In this document: piece after piece, positions 1-9,126 of the stretch
Layout: every line of letters begins with the position of its first letter
How positions within the stretch are numbered: position 1 is the stretch's first letter
Assembly: GCA_046716145.1 (NCBI GenBank)
Contig: JBKJXU010000097.1
Span: 9,676 to 73,675 of the forward strand
DNA from: Actinomycetota bacterium
GTDB taxonomy: Bacteria > Actinomycetota > UBA4738 > HRBIN12
Direction of reading: 5' to 3'
DNA: 64,000 bases
Translations under genes and position numbers: made by a program
Notes under the pieces: model-generated
Told to the model about the DNA's origin: nothing
Database searches by the model: none
What the model saw: the letters and a program-made list of their open reading frames with translations, nothing else

Positions 1-812
1 CCACCGACGGGCAGCCCGCGGATCCACGGTGCCACCGAGACGAACCGGTCGCGCAGCAGGAACTGGTGCCCGCCTGTCGGTACCTCGAGCCGCTCGGCGT
101 GGGGGATCAGCGCCGTCCACCGTTCCCCGTTATCCGGACCCACGCTCCGATCATCCTCGGCGTAGGCGAGCAGGACCCTCGCGTCGCTGGCCACCAAGGT
201 GGTCGCGGCGGCCGCGGTCTCCGGAACGAGCCCGGGGTCTCCCCAGAGCGACCACAACGTCCAGACGCGGCTGCGGATCGACTGGCGGCCGTAATCGCGC
301 ACCACGGCCCTGGGATAGGGCCCGAGCACCTGCACCGGGACGCTGAGGACCGGCCATGCGGCGCGGGCCGCTGCAACCAACGCGCGCGGTCCGAGCCCAC
401 GAGCCCCCCGCCACCGGGCCGGATCCCAGTCCGCCCGGGGTGAGGGGAACGGTGACGCGGCCATGACGAGACCGGCGATCGCGTCGGGGCGTCGTGCAGC
501 CCAGAGCATGCCGAGGACCCCGCCGAGCGAGTGCCCGATCACGACGGCCGGCTCCGCGAGGCTCTCCGCAACCCGGTCGAGCGTGGCGAGGTGGAATGCC
601 CTATCGGCCGGGTCGCGCTGCTTCGACGATCCGCCGAACCCACCCAGATCGGGAGCCACCACGCGGAACCCGTCGCCCAGCGCCTCGGCCAAGCCGTCCC
701 AATACCGGCCGGACCCGCCCAGACCGTGCACGGCCAGGACCGTCGTCGGACCCTCGCCGGCCTCCCAGATCTTGAGCCGGCCCCAGGGCATCTCCAGCCG
801 GCGGGCGCGCAT
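1..812 (-). CDS. alpha/beta hydrolase fold protein (partial; 3' end runs off the window start)
   Basis: Manual minus-strand translation from ATG at 812 is open to position 1: MRARRLEMPWGRLKIWEAGEGPTTVLAVHGLGGSGRYW...VVIGHSLGGVLG... with G-H-S-L-G-G nucleophile elbow and C-terminal GGHQ. Not in the ORF track because no in-window stop. Confidence 0.7.
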   Translation of the reverse strand, partial: MRARRLEMPWGRLKIWEAGEGPTTVLAVHGLGGSGRYWDGLAEALGDGFRVVAPDLGGFGGSSKQRDPADRAFHLATLDRVAESLAEPAVVIGHSLGGVLGMLWAARRPDAIAGLVMAASPFPSPRADWDPARWRGARGLGPRALVAAARAAWPVLSVPVQVLGPYPRAVVRDYGRQSIRSRVWTLWSLWGDPGLVPETAAAATTLVASDARVLLAYAEDDRSVGPDNGERWTALIPHAERLEVPTGGHQFLLRDRFVSVAPWIRGLPVG

Positions 813-887
813 CCGCGGGAGTCTAGGGCCGCTGACCAGGGCCTTCCGGTCGATGACCTGTGCATCACCCCGCGGTACGGTGGTTAG

Positions 888-1562
888 ATGGACGCGAAGG
901 TGAAGGCGCCTCCGGTCGGACCCACCGTCCCATCGGAGCCGCATACCGGCGGCTGGCGACGGGCGCTGCGCGGGTTCGGGATGGCCTGCCTCATGGGTTC
1001 GGCCTTCTTCGCCGGGTACGTGGCTTGGTTGCTGTGGGGAACCGGGCTGGAGACCGCGCGCGCGCAGGAGACGTTCCGCGGTGCGGTCGTCGAAGAGTGG
1101 GAGCAGCACCCGCGGCCAGTCTCGCAGGCGCCTGAGCCCGGCGAGCGCCAGGTCCCCGGAGACGCCTACGGGGTGATCCAGATCCCGTCCGTCGGCATCG
1201 ACTACGTGGTCGTCGAGGGCACCGGCTACGACGACCTCAAGTCGGGGCCCGGGCACTACGCCGACACGGCGGACCCGTGGGATGGCAGCGGCCGCGTCGG
1301 CATCGCCGGGCACCGCACCACCTACCTCGCGCCGTTCTTCGATCTGGACAAGGTGGCGGTCGGCGACACGATCGAGATCCTCACGGCGTTCGGCACCTAC
1401 ACGTACGAGGTCACGGCCAACTTCGTGCTGCCGGAGGAGACGGCCGGCAAGGTGCTGACCCAGACCAGCGACCCGACCTTGGTCCTCACGACGTGCAACC
1501 CGAAGTACGCCAGCAGCCAGCGTCTGATCGTGGAAGCCGAGCTGGTCAGCGCGCCCGGCTAG
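888..1562 (+). CDS. class E sortase (transpeptidase)
   Basis: 224 aa; N-terminal TM segment; conserved His region; TLVLTTCNP (TLxTC) active-site Cys motif typical of actinobacterial class E sortases. Confidence 0.85.
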   Translation: MDAKVKAPPVGPTVPSEPHTGGWRRALRGFGMACLMGSAFFAGYVAWLLWGTGLETARAQETFRGAVVEEWEQHPRPVSQAPEPGERQVPGDAYGVIQIPSVGIDYVVVEGTGYDDLKSGPGHYADTADPWDGSGRVGIAGHRTTYLAPFFDLDKVAVGDTIEILTAFGTYTYEVTANFVLPEETAGKVLTQTSDPTLVLTTCNPKYASSQRLIVEAELVSAPG

Positions 1563-1571
1563 TGGCGGCTA

Positions 1572-2006
1572 TCACGTGAACACCTGAAGCTCGGTGCACG
1601 AGGCGAGACGATCGAGGTCTGCGTCGCGGTGCAGGATGGCGACGCCGTCGCGCACGCACGGAGCGGCGATGAGGCAATCGAGCGTCTTGCGGATCGTGAC
1701 TCCCTTCCGCCTCGCTTGGCGATACAGGTTCGCCGCGAGCGCGAAGTCATCGATCGAGTCGAGCCGGAGCATCGGGAACGCGCGGAGCCGCCGCTCCACA
1801 CGATCGGCATCGGCCTCGAGCGCGAACCCCTGGAGGATCTCCGTGAAGATGACGTCGGTCAGCGCGAGTGGCGCACCTCCCTCGAGGAGTTCTATGCACC
1901 TGCGAGCTTCGCGCGAGTCACGCTCGTTCAGAACGTCGATCCAGACGCTCGTGTCGACGACGATCACGAACGGGCCCGTCGCGATCGAGCCAGGTCTCCC
2001 TCCCAC
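1572..2006 (-). CDS. vapC: VapC toxin (PIN-domain ribonuclease)
   Basis: PIN-domain signature VIVVDTSVWID...; overlaps upstream RHH antitoxin gene. True start may be an internal GTG. Confidence 0.8.
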   Translation of the reverse strand: MGGRPGSIATGPFVIVVDTSVWIDVLNERDSREARRCIELLEGGAPLALTDVIFTEILQGFALEADADRVERRLRAFPMLRLDSIDDFALAANLYRQARRKGVTIRKTLDCLIAAPCVRDGVAILHRDADLDRLASCTELQVFT

Positions 2007-2161
2007 CGCACGGTCCCTCGGAGCTGGAGGATGCCGGCCCGTTCGTACCGTGCGACGAGTTCGCGGAGCGCCAGGTCGACAGCCTCACGCTTCGTCCGAG
2101 CCCCGGTGAGCCGCTGGACCTCCCTGATCACGTCCTCGTCGATGTCGATGTTCGTTCGCAT
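1964..2161 (-). CDS. vapB: VapB antitoxin (ribbon-helix-helix)
   Basis: MRTNIDIDEDVIREVQRL... typical VapB/RHH N-terminus; overlaps vapC start. Confidence 0.75.
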   Translation of the reverse strand: MRTNIDIDEDVIREVQRLTGARTKREAVDLALRELVARYERAGILQLRGTVRWEGDLARSRRARS

Positions 2162-2229
2162 ACACATGACGATACACCATATTGCTGGAGTTCATACACA
2201 CAACATCCAGCCTCGCGCCGATCCGGACA

Positions 2230-2757
2230 CTAGCCGGCGGCTGCGAGCTTCCTCAGGTTGTCTCGGTCTCGTCGACTCAGCTCAGCGACACCGCGCAACT
2301 CGAGCGCAGCGTTGACGAGAGCGACGAACCTCGCGCGATCCCGCTCCTGATCGCTCACGACCCCGGCCCAGACGGCCACGTCGGACCACCGCCAGAGTCG
2401 GAACCGAGACCGCAGGTGCGACACGGGTGGTGGGAAGTCGCCGGCCCCCCGCTCGCCGGCGGCCAGCAGCCGAACGCTCTCGCGCGTACGCCCCATCCGC
2501 TCCGCGATCTCGGAGAGCGTGACCAGGTCGTCGGGTTCGACCCGGCGGACCCGGACACCATCCACGGACTCAACGTCGGTGATGGCCGAAAGGACGGCCT
2601 CGGCGAAGCCGTCTGCCTCGCGCTCGAACTCCCCGAACCCGACGGCATCGACGGATCCGAACGTCGCGTCATCGCAGCCGGCCTCGAAGAGCGCATCGAC
2701 CGTCGCCTCGTCATCGACGTCACCGTCGACCACCAGCACGAACTCGAACTCAGCCAT
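2230..2757 (-). CDS. putative antitoxin with C-terminal HTH (HicB-like?)
   Basis: 175 aa from ATG 2757 (MAEFEFVLVVDG...). Acidic N-terminal domain, C-terminal helix-turn-helix LVTLSEIAERMGRTRESVRLL. Start lies 2 nt after the stop of the upstream HicA-like gene. Confidence 0.35.
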   Translation of the reverse strand: MAEFEFVLVVDGDVDDEATVDALFEAGCDDATFGSVDAVGFGEFEREADGFAEAVLSAITDVESVDGVRVRRVEPDDLVTLSEIAERMGRTRESVRLLAAGERGAGDFPPPVSHLRSRFRLWRWSDVAVWAGVVSDQERDRARFVALVNAALELRGVAELSRRDRDNLRKLAAAG

Positions 2758-2974
2758 CGTGACCTCCGTGCGGACAACGCATCCCGCTGCGACGGACGGC
2801 CTTCGCATGGTTCATCGGGTTCTTCGGTGTGGACCACACCGATATCACGCAGCCGGCGCCGCAGCGTGCGACGCCCCATCGGTGACCTGCGGCCGTCTGC
2901 TCCACGATCCAGCCGTCCTTCTCGATGTCCTTGAGCGCAGCTTCGACGTCCTTCTTCGGATGGCGAGGCCGCAT
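2750..2974 (-). CDS. HicA-family-like toxin (YcfA-like mRNA interferase)
   Basis: 74 aa; LKDIEKDGWIVEQTAAGHRWGV...VISVWSTPKNP resembles HicA consensus (LEKNGW...GSHHQF...VTVPHPKKD). Confidence 0.45.
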   Translation of the reverse strand: MRPRHPKKDVEAALKDIEKDGWIVEQTAAGHRWGVARCGAGCVISVWSTPKNPMNHAKAVRRSGMRCPHGGHDG

Positions 2975-3039
2975 GCGTTGACATCATGCAACACGGTGTT
3001 GGACGATGTCAACGGTCCCGCCGCTCGGGAGCACGATGT

Positions 3040-3167
3040 GTATCGGCGGTGGGGAGGTGCTGATCCAAACCACCGAGCTGACCTTGGTCCTCACGACGTG
3101 CAACCCGAGGTACGCGAGCAGCTAGCGCCTGATCGTTGGAGCTGAACTGGTGAGCAGACCCGGCTGA
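3040..3167 (+). repeat. degenerate duplicate of the sortase gene 3' end (imperfect direct repeat of 1435-1562)
   Basis: About 85% nt identity to 1461-1562. In-frame it reads GGEVLIQTTELTLVLTTCNPRYASS* versus sortase AGKVLTQTSDPTLVLTTCNPKYASSQ. Confidence 0.7.
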
Positions 3168-3170
3168 GAC

Positions 3171-4325
3171 CTACACGGCGAGCGACGCCGCGATCTCGTC
3201 GTAGGTCGCACCCGCGATCCCTTCCGGCAGTTCCACGGACGCCTGGCCTTTCACGAGGTCATCGTCGGGGATGATGACCAGTGTCGTTCGTTGCTGCCAG
3301 GAGGCGGAGCCATCCACTTCGCGGGTCAGTTGAACGGTGATCGGCCCACCTGCGGGGTCACGCCAGGCCTGAAACTCGACCACGTCTGAGTCCGGGTTCG
3401 GCCTCATGACCGTGCATCCCAACCCCCCATAGTCGGAGCGCAGGCATATCAATGCGTCCTCGGCCTTCGCGATGCTGTCGGGGATGTGCACAGCGATCGA
3501 GACTCCGTCGAGGGTCTCCAAGATCTTCGTGGGCGCATCGAGCAGGCTCCTACAGAGCGGAGGTGCGGCATCCCAATAGGCCATCGTGCCAGGCGCGGGC
3601 AAGTCCGGAGGGGGCGGGAAGATCTCGTCCACGAGATCTTGGAAGCCCGTCATCACGGCGCCCGGCGATCCGCTCGCGTGTTCGATGTTCCAGTCGACGA
3701 TGAGCTGTGCCCTGCTGGCTTCATCCGGAACGCGAGAGGCTATGAACTCCTCGACCACGCTCTCACCGGACCGCGAACCCAGGACCTCGTTGGCGCGTTG
3801 GTCGTAGCCGAACGCAACGAAGAAGGACCCGGATGCGTTGCGTCCGTCGGAACCGATGGTCACCGGACCGGAACCCGAGGCTGCGATCAGATCGAGGAGG
3901 AGCGCCTGATCTCCCGAAAGGCGTACTTCAGAACCGGCTGCCACCGGCGCGTCGGAGCCGTCACCGAACCCGCGGTCCAAGAGCACCTCACTGATACTCG
4001 CCGCGAGGGTTCGATGGTCTGGGTGGTTGACCGGATCTTCGCTCGGCGTGAGACCCTCGGTACCCGGCGCCACGAGCAGCACGACGTCGGCGAAAGGCTC
4101 GGCCCTGATGAGGGGTGCGTCCTCCAGCGGCACGATGTCGTCCGGGTACGGATGCGGGGGTGAGGGTGAGGGTGAGGCATCCGGCCCACACCAGGGCCAC
4201 GGCAGCTCTTCATCCCGAGTGAAGGGTGTCGCCGCGTCCCCGCCGGAGCGCACTAGGAACGCGATCGGAGCCAACCCCACTACCACCAGGGCCAGCGCAA
4301 GGAGAGCCTGCCTGATGCCCTTCAC
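3171..4325 (-). CDS. secreted/membrane-anchored hypothetical protein
   Basis: 384 aa with N-terminal signal/TM (LLALALVVVGLAPIAFL), Pro/Ser-rich linker; no recognisable catalytic motif. Confidence 0.55.
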   Translation of the reverse strand: MKGIRQALLALALVVVGLAPIAFLVRSGGDAATPFTRDEELPWPWCGPDASPSPSPPHPYPDDIVPLEDAPLIRAEPFADVVLLVAPGTEGLTPSEDPVNHPDHRTLAASISEVLLDRGFGDGSDAPVAAGSEVRLSGDQALLLDLIAASGSGPVTIGSDGRNASGSFFVAFGYDQRANEVLGSRSGESVVEEFIASRVPDEASRAQLIVDWNIEHASGSPGAVMTGFQDLVDEIFPPPPDLPAPGTMAYWDAAPPLCRSLLDAPTKILETLDGVSIAVHIPDSIAKAEDALICLRSDYGGLGCTVMRPNPDSDVVEFQAWRDPAGGPITVQLTREVDGSASWQQRTTLVIIPDDDLVKGQASVELPEGIAGATYDEIAASLAV

Positions 4326-4583
4326 TGCGATCGCACCTTTACGTCATCCAGTCGAGCTTCCGCCCTGCACTGGTTCGGGATCTGCGCGCACGTGAACCAG
4401 AGCTTGTTCACCACGGACACGCGTACGGCGACGACAAGTCCAGGTGGTGAGTAACTCGTCGTCGAGTACTGGCTCCAAGTGAGGGTCGGAGTCACAGGAT
4501 TCTCCCGTCGAATCACCCAGTCACCCGAAGCCGAATACTCCCAATTGCAGTGAGCTGTGCTGTTGGGAGCCGGAATCCCAAAG

Positions 4584-5471
4584 TTATTGCCAAGATCCCG
4601 AAACAGCGCGCGTGAGCAGTCTCAGATCCAAACTGCCGTTGTGCGAATCAAGATCCTTGCGGATGTAGGCAGCAGCATCGATCGCTTGAGGGAAGGAAAC
4701 CATTTCCTGTTGGTACACATAAGGATCGCCACCGCCCTGAACCGGCTCCGTCCCTGTGTACCTGTAAGTCCAGCTGCCAACGGGCGAGGATGAACTGCTC
4801 ACTCGGGTCGGGGTCCCGGCGTTCATTGCTACAAATTGGTTGAGCGAGGCTGCGGCCTCGAAACTCGGATCAGCCTGGAATGGAGCATTCGCGCCTGAAG
4901 CCTGCTGATTCGTCAGGGCTGCCCGGTCATCCAGGGAAAGGGACGCCAATTCAGCCTGTGTCGCCTCGGCTGCGCTGTTGGATTGATAACAGGCGCTCGT
5001 GCGCATAGACGCGAGGGCCCCGCCGTTCGGAAGGTTCTCATCGATGGATACATGCGGCAGTCCAAGGACATGGCCGAATTCGTGCACAGCCACGCCGTCC
5101 ATGCGCGCCTGATGGCCTACCAAGGTCCTATCGAGCTCGACGACGCCGTCATCGCAGTGTCCTCTCCCGTACATGCCAAGGCCGGCCACTATCTTCACGT
5201 CGATGTCTGCATTACTCGATACGCGTCGAAGGTCAACGATGTCCGAGCCGTCACGATCGATGACGCTCTCCCATACTGACAAGGCGGCCTCGACGCTGTC
5301 CTTCTCGGCGACGGACCAATCATGATCAACGTTGACGAAGCGATACTTGACGGTGGGTCCGCACACGCCTGTACTGAAGGCGCCTCCCACGTCCTCTCGG
5401 GTTCTCCCATCTCGACTCAGTCCGATCGCGGGCGCAGGAAACTTCGCTGTCAGGGCGATCGCGATAATCAA
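4584..5471 (-). CDS. secreted zinc metalloprotease (metzincin, matrixin/M10-like)
   Basis: HEFGHVLGLPH = HExxHxxGxxH zinc-binding motif; hydrophobic N-terminus; gene region has visibly lower GC (about 50-58%) than surroundings. Confidence 0.75.
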   Translation of the reverse strand: MIIAIALTAKFPAPAIGLSRDGRTREDVGGAFSTGVCGPTVKYRFVNVDHDWSVAEKDSVEAALSVWESVIDRDGSDIVDLRRVSSNADIDVKIVAGLGMYGRGHCDDGVVELDRTLVGHQARMDGVAVHEFGHVLGLPHVSIDENLPNGGALASMRTSACYQSNSAAEATQAELASLSLDDRAALTNQQASGANAPFQADPSFEAAASLNQFVAMNAGTPTRVSSSSSPVGSWTYRYTGTEPVQGGGDPYVYQQEMVSFPQAIDAAAYIRKDLDSHNGSLDLRLLTRAVSGSWQ

Positions 5472-5604
5472 CGCAGCCAGGCAGAGGAGCTACCCTTACC
5501 TGGCTCGGCGCTCCTACCTTCACCCCTCCACCGTAGGGGGGTGGGCCGTTTCCGTCAAGGGAAACGAGATGGTCTGCCTCGCGGAGGAAGCCGAGGCGTG
5601 CCGC

Positions 5605-7143
5605 CTACTCCCACTCGATGGTGCCGGGGGGCTTGCTCGTTATGTCGTAGGCGACCCGGTTCACCCCGGGGACCTCGCGGACGATGCGGCTCGCGATCCG
5701 ATCGAGGACGTCGTGGGGCAGGCGCGCCCAGTCCGCGGTCATCGCGTCCTCGGAGGTGACCGCGCGGATCACGACCGGCGCTTCATAGGTCCGGCCGTCG
5801 CCCATCACTCCGACGCTCGACACATCGGCGAGCAGGACGCAGAACGCCTGCCAGGTCTCGCGTTCCAGGCCGGCGCGGCGGATCTCCTCGCGCACGATGT
5901 GGTCGGCGCCACGCACCTTCGCCAGGTTCTCAACGTTCACCTCGCCGACGATCCGGACGGCGAGACCCGGACCCGGGAACGGCTGACGGTGCACGATCTC
6001 CTCGGGCAGACCCAGCTGCAACCCGACCTGACGGACCTCGTCCTTGAACAGGTCGCGCAGTGGCTCGATCAGCTCGAGATCCATGTCATCGGGCAGGCCG
6101 CCCACGTTGTGGTGGCTCTTGATGTTGGCGGCGGTCTTCGAGCCCGACTCGATCACGTCGGGGTAGAGCGTGCCCTGGACCAGGAACCTCGCGCCCTCGT
6201 GCTCGCGGGCGACCTCCTCGAAGACGCGGATGAACTCCTCGCCGATGGCTTTGCGTTTGCGCTCCGGATCGGTGACACCGGCGAGCTTGACCAGGAACCG
6301 GTCCTGCGCCTTCACATGCACGAGCGGCACGTGGAAGTGGCGCGCGAACGTCTCCTCCACCTGGTCGGGCTCGCCCTCGCGGTTCAGTCCGTGGTCGACG
6401 AACACGCAGGTGAGCTGCTCCCCCACCGCGCGATGCACGAGCAGCGCTGCGACGGCCGAGTCCACCCCTCCGGAGAGCGCACACAGGACCTGCGCCTCGC
6501 CGACCTGCTCGCGGATCCGTGCGACCTGCTCGTCGATGATGTTCGCGGGCGTCCAATCGGGTAGCAGGCCGCAGCCGTCGTAGAGGAACCGTTTCATCAC
6601 GTCCTGGCCGTGCGGCGTGTGCGTGACCTCCGGGTGGAACTGCACCGCGAACAGGCCGCGTTCGGGATCCTCCATCGCCGCGACCGGGATCGTGTCCGTG
6701 GTGGCCGTGACGCGGAACCCCTCGGGGGCGCGCGTCACGGCGTCGCCGTGGCTCATCCACACCGTGTCCTCGGCCGGGAGATCCTGCAGGAGCAGGCCGG
6801 GTTGGGTGACGCGCACCGCGGTGCCGCCGTACTCACGGTCGCCGGTGGCGGCTACCTCGCCACCGAGCGCCTGCGCCATCAACTGGTGGCCGTAGCAGAT
6901 CCCGAGCACCGGGACCCCGAGGTCGAACACCCCCGGGTCGACCTGGGGACCGTCGGGTTCGTAGACGCTCGCGGGGCCGCCGGACAGGATGAGGCCTGCG
7001 GGGCGCTTCGCAGCGAGCTCCGCCTTGGTCAGATCATGCGGGACGATCTCGGAGTAGACGTGGGCCTCGCGGACCCGCCGGGCGATCAGCTGTGCGTACT
7101 GCGCCCCCAGATCGACGACGAGTACGGGCCGCGGATCACTCAT
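5605..7143 (-). CDS. guaA: GMP synthase (glutamine-hydrolysing)
   Basis: 512 aa; class I amidotransferase [11 protein letters not shown]-PPase SGGVDS motif, C-terminal ...KPPGTIEWE. Confidence 0.95.
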   Translation of the reverse strand: MSDPRPVLVVDLGAQYAQLIARRVREAHVYSEIVPHDLTKAELAAKRPAGLILSGGPASVYEPDGPQVDPGVFDLGVPVLGICYGHQLMAQALGGEVAATGDREYGGTAVRVTQPGLLLQDLPAEDTVWMSHGDAVTRAPEGFRVTATTDTIPVAAMEDPERGLFAVQFHPEVTHTPHGQDVMKRFLYDGCGLLPDWTPANIIDEQVARIREQVGEAQVLCALSGGVDSAVAALLVHRAVGEQLTCVFVDHGLNREGEPDQVEETFARHFHVPLVHVKAQDRFLVKLAGVTDPERKRKAIGEEFIRVFEEVAREHEGARFLVQGTLYPDVIESGSKTAANIKSHHNVGGLPDDMDLELIEPLRDLFKDEVRQVGLQLGLPEEIVHRQPFPGPGLAVRIVGEVNVENLAKVRGADHIVREEIRRAGLERETWQAFCVLLADVSSVGVMGDGRTYEAPVVIRAVTSEDAMTADWARLPHDVLDRIASRIVREVPGVNRVAYDITSKPPGTIEWE

Positions 7144-7161
7144 GCGCCCACCGTAACAGCC

Positions 7162-7593
7162 TCATCCCAGCCCCTTGACCGTGATGCCGATGAACTGCCG
7201 GAAGTCCGTGTCGTTCGTCAGGATCGTCGTGGCACCGTGCTCCAGGCACAACGCGGCGATCTGCGCATCGAACACCTCGTCCCCCCGGGGCGTGACGTCG
7301 GCGATCAAGCCGCGTAGCAGGGGGAGGTAGCGACGTCCAGGCATGAGTACCCGAGCGCTCGGGCTAGCGACCAGGTTGTCGACGACCTCCAACGCGCGAC
7401 CGGGGGCCGTCGGTCGTTGCATCGGACCCCTCGGATGCGTAACCACGCGTAGGAACTCACCGATCACGAACACCGGGATCGCCCACGCACCGTGGCCTTC
7501 CGCCAACGCCCTCAGCGCCTCCCGCGCCTGCGCATGCTGCGGCGCCTGGGCGTGGTGCGCGTACACGAGGACGTTGGTGTCGACCGCGATCAC
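7162..7593 (-). CDS. vapC: VapC toxin (PIN domain)
   Basis: MIAVDTNVLVYA... PIN fold; 4-nt overlap with upstream vapB. Confidence 0.8.
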   Translation of the reverse strand: MIAVDTNVLVYAHHAQAPQHAQAREALRALAEGHGAWAIPVFVIGEFLRVVTHPRGPMQRPTAPGRALEVVDNLVASPSARVLMPGRRYLPLLRGLIADVTPRGDEVFDAQIAALCLEHGATTILTNDTDFRQFIGITVKGLG

Positions 7594-7826
7594 CCGCGGC
7601 CTTCCATCCGATCGTAGAGGGCTTCACGGTCGGCGGCATCGACGATCGGGGGACCTCCGCCATCCGCCACGGGGATATCGAAGACATACGGCTCGGCTGG
7701 CGGTTCCTCGGAGAGCGACTTCCTCAGAGCGTCCTCGACCACTCTGGTGAGCGTCGTCCCGAACTCGGCCGCGCGCTTCTTGGCCTCGCGCATGAGGTCG
7801 TCATCGAGGTTCAGGGTCGTCTTCAT
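7590..7826 (-). CDS. vapB: VapB antitoxin (RHH)
   Basis: MKTTLNLDDDLMREAKKRAAEFGTTLTRVVEDAL typical RHH antitoxin. Confidence 0.75.
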   Translation of the reverse strand: MKTTLNLDDDLMREAKKRAAEFGTTLTRVVEDALRKSLSEEPPAEPYVFDIPVADGGGPPIVDAADREALYDRMEGRG

Positions 7827-7877
7827 GCCAGATAACCATATCGGTCACACAGCGATATGGCTATGCCGTCGGGGGAC

Positions 7878-9038
7878 CTAGCGCCCCATCCCGACGTGCT
7901 GCTGGGTCTGGTACGCCTTGCCCTCGGTCTTGATCGTCGGCGCGATGACCAACTCGGCCTTCTGGAACTCCTTGATGCTCTGGTAGCCCGTGGTGGCCAT
8001 GCTCGTGGCGAGCGCCCCGAACAGGTTGAACGTCCCGTCGTTCTCGTGGGCCGGTCCGATGAGGATCTCCTCCATCGAGGCGACCTGCTGGGTCTTCACG
8101 CGCGCGCCGCGCGGAAGCGTGGGGTGGAACGTGGCCATCCCCCAGTGGTAGCCGCGGCCCGGAGCTTCATATGCCCGTGTCATCGGCGAGCCGATCATCA
8201 CCGCGTCGGCGCCGCAGGCGATCGCCTTCGCGATATCGCCGCCGGTGCGCATCCCGCCGTCCGCGATCACGTGGCAATAGCGGCCGGTCTCGTGCAGGTG
8301 CTCGCGCCGGGCGGCGGCCGCATCGGCGATCGCGGTGGCCTGCGGGACGCCGATCCCCAGCACGCCGCGGCTGGTGCACGCGTTGCCGGGGCCGACACCG
8401 ACCAGCACGCCCACCGCTCCGGTCCGCATCAGGTGCAGCGCCGTGGAATACGAGGCGCACCCGCCCACGATCACGGGGATGTCGAACGCTGGGATGAACG
8501 TCTTCAGGTTGAGTGGCTCCACCTTCGTGGAGACGTGCTCGCCCGAGACGACCGTGCCTTGGATGACCAAGATGTCCAGGCCGGCCTCCAGCACGAGCGG
8601 CGCGTAGCGCTCGACGCGCTGCGGCGTGAGCGAGGCGCATGACAGCACCCCACCAGCCTTGATCTCTTCGATGCGCCTGCCGATCAGCTCTTCCTTGATG
8701 GGCTCGGCGTACAACTCCTGCATCCGGCGGGTGGCCTTCTCGTCGGGGAGCCCGGCGATCTCGTCGTAGATCGGGGTCGGGTCCTCGTACCGGGTCCAGA
8801 GCCCTTCCAGGTTCAGGCACGCGAGCCCACCGAGCCGGCCGATCTCGATCGCGGTCGTCGGTGTAACCGCCGCGTCCATCGCGCTCGCCATCATGGGGAG
8901 CGCGAAACGGTACGCGTCGATCTCCCAGGAGATGTCCACGTCCACCGGGTCACGGGTGCGCCGTGACGGAACGATGGCGACCTCGTCGAACCCATAGGCC
9001 CTGCGGGCCGTCTTGCCGATGCCGATCTCGAACTCCAT
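7878..9038 (-). CDS. guaB3: IMP dehydrogenase family protein lacking CBS pair (GuaB3-like)
   Basis: 386 aa TIM-barrel IMPDH/GMPR family; N-terminus MEFEIGIGKTARRAYGFDEVAIVPSRRTR matches the GuaB3 type. Confidence 0.8.
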   Translation of the reverse strand: MEFEIGIGKTARRAYGFDEVAIVPSRRTRDPVDVDISWEIDAYRFALPMMASAMDAAVTPTTAIEIGRLGGLACLNLEGLWTRYEDPTPIYDEIAGLPDEKATRRMQELYAEPIKEELIGRRIEEIKAGGVLSCASLTPQRVERYAPLVLEAGLDILVIQGTVVSGEHVSTKVEPLNLKTFIPAFDIPVIVGGCASYSTALHLMRTGAVGVLVGVGPGNACTSRGVLGIGVPQATAIADAAAARREHLHETGRYCHVIADGGMRTGGDIAKAIACGADAVMIGSPMTRAYEAPGRGYHWGMATFHPTLPRGARVKTQQVASMEEILIGPAHENDGTFNLFGALATSMATTGYQSIKEFQKAELVIAPTIKTEGKAYQTQQHVGMGR

Positions 9039-9126
9039 GCGGGGGTCCCTCCCTAGGTGGCCGGCGATCCATGGAACGCAGAACGCCCACCCGTCCCCGG
9101 ATGGGCGTCAGTGAGAAGCATGCACG

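Noticed and set aside
2182-2934. 250-aa plus-strand ORF
   Set aside because: Antisense to the HicA-like/HTH-antitoxin pair. No family resemblance.
4322-4516. 64-aa minus ORF just downstream of the metalloprotease
   Set aside because: Too short and with no signature. Noted only as a possible displaced C-terminal fragment (see the low-GC protease finding).
5332-6564. 410-aa plus-strand ORF
   Set aside because: Antisense to guaA.
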